NCBI GenBank assembly: GCA_905178155.1
Contig: CAJINV010000001.1
Coordinates: 1,433,363-1,497,362 of the forward strand
Direction of reading: 5' to 3'
Source of the DNA: Amoebophrya sp. A120
Lineage: Eukaryota; Protista; Dinoflagellata
Length of the DNA: 64,000 bases
The translations under genes were made by a program, and so were the position numbers. The notes below the pieces were generated by a model. The model searched no databases, was not told where the DNA came from, and saw nothing but the letters and a program-made list of their open reading frames with translations. Within the stretch, counting starts at the first letter, position 1; every line of letters starts with the position of its first letter. Below, piece after piece: positions 35,901 through 47,200 of this stretch.

Positions 35901-37683
35901 TGCGTGAGCACGAAGAGGCTCTCTTGCATGTCATGCAAAAACGCAGTTTGCCATGCGGAATACGCAACACCTAGCAGCCCAAAAAGTTGTCATGCTTGGC
36001 TGCGTATTGCAGTGCGAACATCATTGATTTTTAGCATTACAAGTTTGCAGACCGAGACCCAGACATATTTGCAGTCTATAGGTCGCTCTGTCCGAGGCAA
36101 AATCCCAAGCCGTGCAGGATGACGACGACGCGTGGACCAAGTTCAAACTATCACGAGGAAAAATCCCCCCTCCCCATATTGAAAAGGAGCGCCTCTGCAA
36201 ATTTGTGATGCTGATTTGTGACCACAAATCGTGTCTGTCTTGCAAGGGGGCAACTCCGCGCAGTCCGCCGCATTTTGTAGGCGGTTTGTGATGCTGCTGG
36301 GCCTAAAGCGTAGACGTTTCTCATGCTTGGCGCCTACGTCAAAAGTTCTCTGCTGAGGCTTAGTATGTGCCTGCAGTCCTCCTCTGCAAGACAGAGCTGA
36401 TTTGTGTACGCAAATCCAGCAGCGGAAACTTTGTTTCGATATGTGGAGGGGGTATTTTTCACTGTAATACAAACAGAAGGTAGCCAACGTGAGCTCGGTC
36501 TTGAAGGAACATTTATCACTCGACGAGCACATCGAGTATTGGCTTCCCGGGTTGCATCACCGAAGAAGACTCGCGACCCAGAGCAGGAATGAGTTACTCA
36601 GAAGAAGACAGGTACAGGATATATAACCATATTTTTTACCAAAACTGGGTGTCAGAAAAATGAAGATTGTTCTACTTGATTTTGTTACAGTAGCAGTGGC
36701 TTCGAACGAAGCAATGCTCATGCATTCCTTCCGATGGTCGCAAGTTTAATTTGCGACACCACATATCATGTATCCAAACCCATTCTTTGATACATGAATC
36801 CGACTGGAAGTAAGAATGTGGAAAGCAGAAATTAGGAGAATCTATCTTTCCTATGCTGTGACTGGATATTATTTGAAGAAAGTTTATTTTCTCAATAAAT
36901 TGAAAACCAGGAGCGCAAAAACGCACTGGACATGCGAAAGAGGATAGCGCTGGGGCGCAGCGCTAATTACGATGATGGCGAAGATGACGGCGGTCCGGAA
37001 AGTCCAACCGCCGGCCGGGTGAAGGTCGCGAAGCAACGAAAGGGGAAGGACGACGAGAGCTTTGCGGGTATCGGGTCGAGCACCGCGCTCCCCTTGACCA
37101 TGCCGCTGGAGGGGAAATCGCAGGACGGGCAGTCGGACAGTGACGAGTCCGAGGTTGACATTGGCATCTTGTCCTCCAGCAAGGCAAAGCTCCGAAAAAA
37201 GAAGCAGGCGACGGGTGGCGTCACGGAGTCGGAGTTGATATTGCAATCGGTATGAGTTTCTGCAAATGATTTTACTTATAATGGCGATCCGATAATTATT
37301 GCACTTTCGGTGCCGCCTCGTGTTTTGTACCCTTATTTCCTCACATCGATATCGCGTTCATGACGACCACGTGGCATCCATGTTAATTCATGCTGCTTGC
37401 GTCTGCTCTTTGTTCTGTCGTGCCTGTATCTAGTAAGGGTTGAACATACAAGTGAGATTGAGAATAATTTTTACAAGTCAATATCGAAATCGTTCCACAG
37501 GTCCAGCACATTTCCTCGCTGCTAGCCAGAAGAACGGAGACCGTCAAAGTGCTGCTGTTGCAGGAAATGCAGGACGTGAAAACTATTTGTCATGTGGTTT
37601 CCGACGTTCTCGAGATTCTCGCGCGGCGTGGAAACGATCTGAGCAAACAGCAGCAGACTTTCATCGAAAGTCTCGGATTCTAG
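17951..37683 (+). CDS. Polycystin-2-like (PKD2/TRPP) cation channel; multi-exon, with a 12-kb intron at 21387-33386; start uncertain
   Basis: Spliced motifs NLLTGKVRFRVVRV, YSPNGY, ATRAVFIDFNVYNVN, EYMQ|DGWNIMD and S6 FFILLNLFMAIM; last exon ends TAG at 37681. Confidence 0.85.
18574..18744. mobile_element. Introner, family I
   Basis: TATC..ACAGAAAAAAGCAGGCAG TIR; TSD GCTCA. Confidence 0.9.
19670..19931. mobile_element. Introner, family A
   Basis: Family TIR; TSD TGGTC. Confidence 0.92.
19965..20114. mobile_element. Introner, family C
   Basis: Family TIR; TSD CCAGC. Confidence 0.92.
20152..20380. mobile_element. Introner, family H
   Basis: TATGAGAGTGCA.AACTCCCC TIR; TSD CGTGT. Confidence 0.92.
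20472..20778. mobile_element. Introner, family E
   Basis: Family TIR; TSD GAGGG. Confidence 0.85.
21990..23236 (+). CDS. Putative tandem PD-(D/E)XK-like endonuclease, 3 exons
   Basis: SDVFIRP..GIQLKST and IDGQL..AVQEKT motifs; GT-AG introns 22670-22763 and 22920-23052 extend the frame through YKVDDADFLLVH and GKKTLDLYP to TAA at 23234. Confidence 0.55.
24241..29506 (-). CDS. Large multi-exon protein (>1,300 aa if one gene), putative divergent hAT-like DDE transposase
   Basis: Co-oriented minus ORFs 29054-29506, 28705-28998, 28372-28632, 27999-28277, 27396-27983, about 27090-27215, 25224-26969 and 24241-25119, separated by short AT-rich gaps; motifs in order LLADSST, MSDQGGD, HFGPLH, SRFFG; NLS-like PKKKRK. 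Exon borders approximate. Confidence 0.5.
30382..32476 (-). CDS. Uncharacterised multi-exon accessory protein (GMTP repeats, K/E-rich helical C-terminus)
   Basis: Starts MPPKKQPQ at 32476; GC-rich exons near 31940-32075, 31410-31780, 31030-31260 and 30382-30740. Confidence 0.6.
34260..34723. mobile_element. Nested MITE-like insert with CTCAAC arrays, telomere-like run and a 60-bp palindrome
   Basis: TIR TATA(A)CAGGAATCTCAAC; perfect palindrome at 34405-34464. Confidence 0.7.
34806..35336. mobile_element. Nested insert with AATCAG arrays, telomere-like run and a 66-bp palindrome
   Basis: Flanked by direct repeat CCATTACAAATG (34794-34805, 35337-35348); perfect palindrome at 34945-35010. Confidence 0.65.
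35472..35769. mobile_element. Introner, family E
   Basis: Family TIR; TSD TCATT. Confidence 0.88.
35824..36080. mobile_element. Introner, family A
   Basis: Family TIR; TSD AGTCG/GGTCG. Confidence 0.88.
36149..36469. mobile_element. Introner, family B
   Basis: Family TIR; TSD CAAAC. Confidence 0.88.
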
Positions 37684-38688
37684 AAGTAGTGCCGGATTTT
37701 AACTAATTGATTCCTGTCGTCGATGATCTGAGAAGGGCGATACATAATTCACATCATCGAAGGAGCGAATCAGAACAGTGCGGCACGCTGTTGCAGTACC
37801 CAATTGATTCCGAACAAATTTGTACTCAAGTTCCTTAGGACGCTAAAGAATCGCAAACAAGAAATCTAGGAGAAACTACTACACAAACCTTTGAATCTAC
37901 TAATTATGACGAGAATCGGACACGTGGATCTGACTTCTACACTTTTTACTCAAACCTTTGAATCGCAGACGTCGCGGGGTCGTTTATTTCTCCCAAGTTC
38001 TGACAGGGGAAAATACTTCAAGGCCCGCGATGGGAAAACGGGCTGTGCGCACCGTTGAAGGAATTGAATTCGAATTCGCTAGAGGGTTGACCTTTTAGTA
38101 CTTGCAGGACGTTTCGATTATAATGTAAAAAAATCTTCAGAAGAGCTCTTGAAACTACAAACGGCACCGGCATTGTTTGCGCTGGTGGTGGTGCTCCTCC
38201 TCGCGGCCTTCAGTACAAAACACACGAAGAACGAGGAAAGATTTGATTTTCTGGGCGTACAGCAACCTTCGGTGTCGGAAGTCTTTCATACCAATATCGT
38301 GATTTTCGTGTGATTATCGTCGATTGTCGGGAGAATCAAGGATCTTCGTCCTGTATTAGATCAAGTCCAGCGAGAACCTCGGTAGTTGCGTCGTCGTGTC
38401 TTTCTGTAGAATTGTTGTGATTTTGGTTTCGCATTCGAAGTCTAGTCATGTTAAAGAACTTTGGACCTGCTAACCCTAGCCGCGCAACTGCGTCTCACAG
38501 AAGGTACAGACAGCTCTGCATCGGTTAGTGTTTGAATATTTCGAAGATCTCGAGGCAGCTTCGGGCACCGACACAAGTGCTAAAACTCTTTGCAACAGCG
38601 TCAAAGATTTTATTTCACGACTTCGTGTCGCAACGGCGACGAGTAGAAACTACAGTGCGACCATCGAAAGATATCGAGAAACGAAAGA

Positions 38689-41600
38689 ATGTCCGATAAG
38701 TCAGGGACCAAAACCACGACCGGAGACGATGCGTGCCGGGCGTTGCAGCGTCGACCTGACCGTGTGCAAATGGAGTACATCGGCATGGACATCGTGCGAT
38801 TCGAGAAAACGCAAGAACGCCGATCTTTTTGTTTTCTCACAGAAGAATGCTGCATCGTGCCGCAGAATGTTCGGGGCGTCAAGGTACCCACCGTGGGATA
38901 GATTTGATGTTCTGCGCAGGATTATTTTGTCCACGACCACGCCGAATCCGAAAGCAAATCTAGTCTATGTTGTTCCCTATTGCAGATGAGGTGTGGATGT
39001 GGACGACCAAGGTTGTATATCTTAACATATTCATGCGCTTTCAGTTTTACTTCTTTCACGTGCTCAGGTGTCCGTCACCGAAGCCGACGGCAAAACGCGG
39101 ACCCACTTCACTCTGCACGGCCGCCGGAGTCCCTGTTTATCAAATGTAAAAATGTCTGGGTCTGTCTGGAAGAAGTCAACTTGTGATGCTGCATTTGGAT
39201 TCCAGAAGAATCTGTATTGCATGAGTACCAAAAGGAATCCAATTTTTGCTACGCGGAGAGGGCATTTGTCATGCGGAATAGGCATCAAGAAGCTCTCAAA
39301 GCATCTGTGATGCTAGGGCATGCATCACCAACATCAGGGCTCATGCAAAACGTGCATGACAAGTGTCACAATCTTCCAGACCCAGACATTTTTACAGCAT
39401 GTTTAATCTCTCTCTACATAGTGCATTCACGTAGTTCTCTTTTATTTTCTTTCTTCAAAAAGTTCAAGTCGTTCTCTTCCCCGTGCTGTACCAAGGTCTT
39501 GTTTCCAGACAAAACACCAGACATTTTTACAGTTGATACTGTTTGGAATTGACTGACTTTCTCTACATCGGAAAGGGTGCAGAGTTCACGATACAAGTGG
39601 ACCACCAACAGCATCATCTGCACACAACCACAAAAATTGGTACTACCGAGAATGGGCCGAGGGCAAACGCAAAACTGCCGACCGCGATGAATGCAGAGAC
39701 CCCAACAGTCTGCATCTGCCGTGCGTTTTGCGACAAAGTGCTGCCGGCGAAATACGGACCGGTGTCGGGGATTTCGATCGAGCTGCGGGGAAGGGGACAA
39801 GCTTCCCGACAAGTCAACAACTTCATGTCCCCGATGACCTGGAAGCACGCGGACAAGCTGTGTTGCGTCGAGGTACAAGTTAAGGTAGTACTTCTCAGAG
39901 GCTGCTGTGTAGTTGTAGGGCGAAGTTGCGACGAGGATTTTTTGTTGCTTTCCTTCATGATTTGTAAAGTAAAGCGACAAGTAGAACTCCAGAAGTTTAA
40001 CAATAGGACAAAAATTTCTTTTCAAATCACCTAAATCCAGAATTATACTGTATGTATCGATCTCCTACTCCTATATTTGCTTTATTCCCAGCTGATTACC
40101 CCGGATGGTAACTGGTCTTCGTACCCGCCGCACAAGCACGACGAAACCGGAGATGGGGCGATCAACGAGGAGATCTACTTTTTTCAGATCGAGAAAGTGC
40201 CGGATATGGTCGCGGTGGCCACGGATCTTCATGCGGACCCTTTTATTTCATCTTCATCATCCACTTCACAACAAAGTTCTTATACCGAAGAATATTGAGA
40301 GGAAAAATCCCCCCTCCCCATATCGAAAAGGTATGTTTCCGAAAATTTGTGTTGCTGATTTGAGGTCACAAATCACATCTGTCTTGCAAGAAGACAAGGG
40401 CAGAAGCTTCCGCCCCATTGTGGAAGCGATTTGTCATGCTGTTGGGCCTAAAGGTCAGCCGTTTGCCATGCTGAGCAACTAGGCCCATACGCCCCTACCT
40501 AGCCTGGGGATCTGGCCGCAATGCCTCTCTGCAATACAAAGCTGATTTGTGTACACAAATCCAGCATCAGAAATTCCGTTTTGATATGGGGAGGGGGGAT
40601 TTATTTTTCCTTTCGATAAAGAACCGAAGGGTTCCCCGTACGCGTTTCACCGGACCTTCACGAGCGACGGAACGGTTAGCGACACGGTGCTATCCTGTGT
40701 AAAAATGTCCCCACTCTATAGTCAAGATGGGAAATGATCTGCTAGACAAAGCAAGCGGCTCTAGTTGTTTCGCGTGACAAGTTTGGCCTCGTAGTGTAAT
40801 AAATCCTGTTGAGCTAGCTCCAGCAGCATCACAGCGCTAGCATATCGCGCGGATTCGAGCGTCACAAATTTCAAAACATCGCTAGAAAATGGAAATGCTT
40901 GCCATGGAGCTCCGTATGGGAGACATTTCTTACCATGCATATTTGTACGACAAGAAACTATGGGGTGGGGACGTTTTTACATAGGAGAGGTGACGGTGTT
41001 TCCGCAGGACGTGTACCTCGTCCCGAAGGGGTACCACGGCCCCTGTGTCACGCCGCCGGGCTACAATTTGTACTACCTTAACGTGCTTTCCGGCCCCAAC
41101 CCCGAACGCACCATGCAGTTTTGCTGGCACGTGGAGCAGCAGTGGCTCGTGCAAAACCAGTGGCGCAACTTGGCGGGCGACCGGCGACTGCCGCTCTGTG
41201 CGAACGACGTCTGTCCCGAATTACATCGGGAGGTCGCGGTTTTCGCCCGTGGCGAGGCGGAGACAGGGGGCATCGAAGCTTTGAAAGAACAAAACTGCTC
41301 TACTTCCGCAATAGACGGAGCAAGAAATGGGAGCTCTTCGTTCAAGATTGTCGATTACACAGCTGCATCCTCACTGCTTGTTGATCCGAGTAAAGGCCAT
41401 GCCTCAAACAGCGCCTCACGATCCTCGTTGGCGACTAGGAGTAGCAGCACATTGCCAGCGGGAGAGACGGAGCAAGTGGACACTGGGAGATCAGTATCCC
41501 CAATCCTCGCGTCGTTGGAGAATAAAGCCGCAAGTGTGATCGTGTTGTTTGACGATTTGATGCCTGTGGTCCGCGAACTACAACAACCTCCAGAAGAGGA

Positions 41601-42456
41601 AAGACAAACTGTTTTATCCCGCTCGCTGGCGCTGCTCGCAGCGGATTTTGGGAAGCGGTCCATCGAGCTGGCGGATAGAAAAATACCGGTTATCGGGGTG
41701 TGGGAGGCTGAGTCGATGTTGACGCCGACGGGGGGCGGGAGCAATACTAGCAGTCTGCCGGTCGCATCTTCAACATCCAGGTCGTTGTTGTTCACTCCTG
41801 GCGAGCAAATACCTACAAGCGCGCCGACGTTTCGCCTCGCGCTCGCAACTCTTGACCGCTTGTGGATTCTCCTCGGTACTACTAGTAGTAGTGCAGGAAC
41901 CACGATGACGATAGAAAGCGCGAGCGAGGAGCAAATTCTGGTGGAGAAAGTCGTGGAGCAGCTGCTTGCACTGCTTGGAACAGCAAATGCGTCGAACTGC
42001 ACCAGTACAACTTCTAGCAACTCCAGCTGCAAGAAAAGCGCGAGAAGTAGTAGTCGTGGCTTTCCGCAATTGGGTCAACACCAGCGCGTGCTCGTTTTCA
42101 CGCCTTACCGAGTGCTGGACTTCTCCAAATTCGCGCAACGGGAAGTCCGTATTGCACCAATTTCGTCCTCTGCTGCAGGAGGTGTTGAAACTGTAACAAC
42201 ATCGACAAATCGAGATTTCGTAGGAACGAGTACTGCCGCAAGCGTCTGGACATCGCCGCTGAGTTTCCACCTTGCGGAACTCTCTGGCTGCGACTTGGAA
42301 GCCTGGGCAGCTGCCAGGACGAGCAGGGGACAGAGTAAGAACTCGGGGACGATTACAAAAAACCATGTAGAAAATGAACAACCAACGACGACCTTCGGAA
42401 GTAGCGCAGGGAATAAAATAAACTCCACAGCACAACAAGCGTTGTCTCGATTGTGA
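38689..42456 (+). CDS. iolB: 5-deoxy-glucuronate isomerase (IolB/KduI cupin family) with long C-terminal extension; start uncertain
   Basis: IELRGRGQASRQVNNF, ITPDGNWSSYPPHKHD, EEIYFF and VPKGYHGPCVTPPGYNLYYLNVLSGP after splicing. Confidence 0.88.
39138..39538. mobile_element. Introner, family A, with duplicated right TIR
   Basis: TSD CTGTT; extra internal TIR copy near 39374-39396. Confidence 0.88.
40293..40618. mobile_element. Introner, family B
   Basis: Family TIR; TSD AAGAA. Confidence 0.9.
40691..40988. mobile_element. Introner, family E
   Basis: Family TIR; TSD GGTGC/GGTGA. Confidence 0.88.
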
Positions 42457-43320
42457 TTCGGAAGATTCGGAATAGTTAAATACGAACGCGAGGGGTTCAA
42501 CATTTGCTAGCGCGTGCGGTGGCTGTCCTCATTGCCCAGCTCTTGACGAAAGTACGTGAAATGTGTATCAAAATTAGACCGTTGTACGTATGATCACTAC
42601 TTCAACATCGAGTATTAAGTGGTCACTGCGACAACTTGACTGCATGGCTATGTGTAAGAAAGAGGTGCGGACGTTAAATACAGTCGCATTTATTTTCAAA
42701 ACTACGTAGAAAAATTAACGCTAATCATATTTTTCTATGAGCATGTGCATATAGTATGGTGGTATCCTGTTCTTGAATGCGATCTTTTGTAGTTTCCCGA
42801 CGAGAAGCATTTCTCTTCGTTCTGTATAATGATTAAACTGTACCCGAAATGCTTGTTTCCAAGTAAGTACCGTAAAAAAAGGTGACATTGCGCTTCGGCC
42901 TACGCCAAGCTGCAAGCAAGATTTTGATTGTGCTGCACCTGGCAGGGACACTAAAGTGCAAAACCCGCCTGAATGATGGTATAGAAATTCAGTTATTCTG
43001 GCAAATTGCCCTGTTGTTCTTCTCCCCGGCAAAATTCAGAAAACTGGTCTAGCTAGTATTTGGCCGCGACAGTCGTGCCACTAGCACGTAGTGAAGATCT
43101 GTGAAATCATCTCACATTTTGTTTCATCCATTGGTTCCCACTTCCTTTCATCGAGCTTGTGCTCAACACTGGCGACAGATTGAAGATCTCGTTGTCACTG
43201 AAGATCCTTGATATAATGCGTCGTCCGATTATCTTATAGCAGCAGCGCGAAGGCTAAGGTTTTCCTCTCCACGCGGAAACTTGTCTGAAAATTCAAACTC
43301 AATCAATGTGGCAGGGCAGA

Positions 43321-43362
43321 AGGCGAAGCCGGGAGGCGAAGCCGGGAGGCGAAGCCGGGAGG
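43321..43362. repeat. Tandem 13-mer AGGCGAAGCCGGG x3
   Basis: Read directly from the sequence. Confidence 0.9.
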
Positions 43363-44296
43363 CTCATTAGCATGTTTATTATTGCTTTAAACTTCACTCT
43401 AAAACTAAATTAGGCATTCCATCAAAGCGCGTTCCGTGTCTTACTCTTAGAAGGGATTGCTTCTGGTTGATAGGCACAGAAAGAAAGAAATCTGGTTTTT
43501 GTGGAAGGTTCATTTTTCATTTAGTGGCTTCGTTTAAATGTTTTCCGACATCTTGACCACTAATTTTCTTTGTTTTACTAGAGCCTTTCAATTCAAGACC
43601 AATGATAGAGAGCCACAATATTTGGTATTCGGGCAGATATATTGAGAAACTGAAAATAGCCTAAAGATCTTTATCTTTTTTATGATTTCTGCATGCCTTT
43701 TTGCGCTTTGGATTTTGAACGAAAGTTTTTTTTGTCCGTTAGTGTCGGAATTGATTCGAATTTTGGCGAGCTACGAAATAGTATAGAATTTTGTGGTGTT
43801 GATGCTTTTTCTTAGCAGACGCAATGGATACAAGATAGATGAAATAGAAAGGTATCATAGCTTTGGTAGAAAAAATACGAAAAAGATGTGTTGCGCAAAA
43901 TTTTTCTGATTGCTACTGCGGCGCACGAAATTCAGATTGTTGACGTTGTCGTTTGGAGGTCCTCGGATTGCAGCTGCCGTCGTCCTTTGGAACAGCTTTG
44001 TTCGCAAGGACCACGCGCCGTTTGTTTATTGAGCAGGTATCATTTGAATTTCTTCGGTTTCTGGGTTGCTTTTCTGATGCCGAGGAATCTTCAAGATGAC
44101 ACCGTTTCTTTTTGAAAACTTCAAAATCTAAATCTGATGTTCTTACTTGCGCAGGTTGTGCTGCTGTTGTGAAGCTGATCAACTACATAAAAGAGTAGAT
44201 GGTGTTGTACTACAAACAGCACGAAATCGAACGGAGGACCGTTTTTTGGCTGGAAAATAAATCGGTATCCACTTAATTACTTTCGTCTCGGGAAAT

Positions 44297-47200
44297 ATGA
44301 ACTCCAACGCGCCTGTTGAGAACAGATACAGAGGCGCGTATGAACCTCGTCAAGGGATGTTGACCACGACGAGTAACACCACGAAGGGAGGTGGCGGCGG
44401 GCCCAGTAAGGGACAGGGAGGTTCTTGCGATGGGCCCACCTCGTCGGCGTCGTACTATGGTGCGGCTGGAGCGGGTAAAAATACTTCTTCCAAAGGAGGC
44501 AGCTGCAACGAGGGTGCGGCAACGACTTTTGCGCACCAAGAACATCAACCAGAAATGTACCATGAACGTGGCCGTAACCCGATGCCGCAGAAGGAGCAGC
44601 AGCAGCACTACCGGTCGGCACATAAAGAACAGCATCATCAAAATCAATACCCAACAACATCTTCTGCCACGCACCACAACGCCCAGCAGCAGGAGTGGTC
44701 CTCTTCACGCGGTAAAACCTACAACCCAAAGGCCGCTCCTGGCGGTCCTGCGGGCTACAATGATCGTCCGCATCCACACGGGCAGCCAAAAGTAGAACAG
44801 GTCGTGCACGGAGGCGGCACCAAACAGTACGCGACGCGGGGGGATGCGCGAACCTACCAAACCAGCACACCGCATCAATCTTCGCAGCACGTTGGTGAAA
44901 ATAATAAAGCCTTCGGAAATAATAAAGTTGCAACATCTACTTCTACTCACCAGCAGAATACTAGCAACAATCGCCGTTCCGGTGGCGGTTTTAATACGAC
45001 ATCTGTGGGACCGGGCCACGGAAACTTTTACGGTAATAATCCTAGAGACTCAAGAACATCTACCACTGCTCCTCCCAACGTCACCAGTGCTGATGGCGCG
45101 CCGGCGCAAAAAGCTGCCGAGGGCGGTTGGCGCGATATTAAAACCGGGCAACATCAAATGGAAAATCAAAATCAGTCCCGCGGTGGCAGAAATAATTTCC
45201 ACGGGGGAAATAACCAGCACAGCAGGACAAGCAATTTTCAACAACATCAGCGTAGTCAACAACAGCAGCAGTTTAATAACAGTCATCACGGAAGAACAAA
45301 CGCACAAATGAGCCACAATCACCAGACTGATCGCAAAAATTTTAACACCTCCAGTAACAAGTCAACGAACTGGCGCGCTGAAGAACGGCGGGAAAGAACT
45401 TCTAATTCCGTATCAAAAGGACAAATCCCCCCTCCCCGTATCAAAACGAAACTTCTGATGCTGGATTTGAATACACAAATCAAGTCTTTGTTGCAGTAAA
45501 GGACTGCACGCAGATCGTAAGCTTAGGCAGGGGCCTTTTGGTGTAGGCACCTAGCATGGTCGACGGCTGCCCTGTAGCCCTTACAGCATTACAAACCGCC
45601 TGCATAACGTGGCGGACAGCCTGCACTTGCCTTCTTGCAAGACAGACGCGATCTGTGGCCACAAATCTGCGTCACAAATTTTCAGACGGATGCGTATCCA
45701 ATATGGGGAGGGGGGATCTTTCCTTGCAATATTTCGGGGCCGGCACGTCGAAATACCCACGATCTTCGGATGAAGAGTACTTCTACGCCTCTGCCAACCA
45801 CCTCCCTGCTGGCACATCAAGAGGACCACGCGGAGCAGGTGCGCCGTCGTCCGCGTCGCACTATGTATCAAGCACTTCTAATCGCACCATCACGGGCGGC
45901 GGGACGGGTCAAGCTCACGCTCAAAGTCATCACCAGCAAGGCAGTAGTTATCACAACTTGGATTTCGAACAGGACGAGCGGGAGAACTTTTTCCGTGTGG
46001 ACCGGAACTTCGTGCCCGCGCAGCTCGATGGGTACGCGAACATCTGGTCCGACGGTCTGGATGCCAGGGTGTTCCCGAGTTCCACGGTCCTATTCGCGGA
46101 CTACAACTCGCGGCCGTATACCGGTGTGGAACACCGGGCCTCGGAGGTGGAGGTGGAGCGATTTCAGGGGCGGGACGAGATGAGCGAAGAGCATCAACAT
46201 GAACTTTTACGACCCGATAATGTTGAAGGCGAGAATTATATAGCTGGTCGTCCTCCTACAACAGCTGCCTACACTAACGCCCTTGATCATGAGCTGTATT
46301 ACGACCAGAACTTCGAGAAAAGCGCTCGGGTCGCGGAGGCCGACCGGCGGGCTGCTTTGCTGCGGAGACAGGAACAACCACGAGGGCAAGACAACTACAA
46401 GTACCCCGGGACGAGGGAGCTGCAAGGACAAGACAACTACAAGCAACAACAGGGAACTCTCGAAGGTCGACCAGGCAGCAAGCCTGGATCTAGTAGTACC
46501 GCTTCTGGACCACGTGACGATACGCAGCGAGGTGGACCTCAATATTATGACGACCTGGATGAAAATAAATTGCGAGATGTTGTGGAAAACCTTCACGCGG
46601 CCATCACGAGTCGCACTGTGAGTCGCGGCAGTGCCGGAGCGTTGGGTGTGCAGGGTCGTGTATTTGATCATGCAGGTGGTAGTTCTTACAACAGGGGCAC
46701 CGGCAGCTACAGTACAACTAGAACGAGCCACCAGGTGCAACATGATCAGCGTCCGCCAGGTTCTTATTCGTCCTCGTCGTCTGCCGCACGGTCTCTGGAC
46801 CCCACCAGCGAACTGCGGAGGCTGCTGGAGGAGGCGAGTTACCAAGTGCAAAAATGTCTGGGTCTGGAAGGTGGTAACTTGTGATGCTGTCTTTGGATTC
46901 CAAGAAAATCTGTATTGCATGACCAGCAAGAGGACTCCAGTTTGTGCTACGCGGAGAGGGCATTTCTCATGCGGTAGAGGCATCGCAAAGCCCTCTAAAA
47001 ATCTGTCATGCTAGAAGAGCATGCATCACAGACATCATGGGCCATTCAAAATATGCATGACAAACCTGGCAATCTTTCAGACCCAGACATTTTTGCAGTT
47101 CATACGAGTTACGGCCTGCTGCAGAATTACCGCACGGAATCCGACCGGCGGCGCGAGTATCAAATGCAAAAATGTCCGGGTCTGGAAGAGTCGGGACTTG

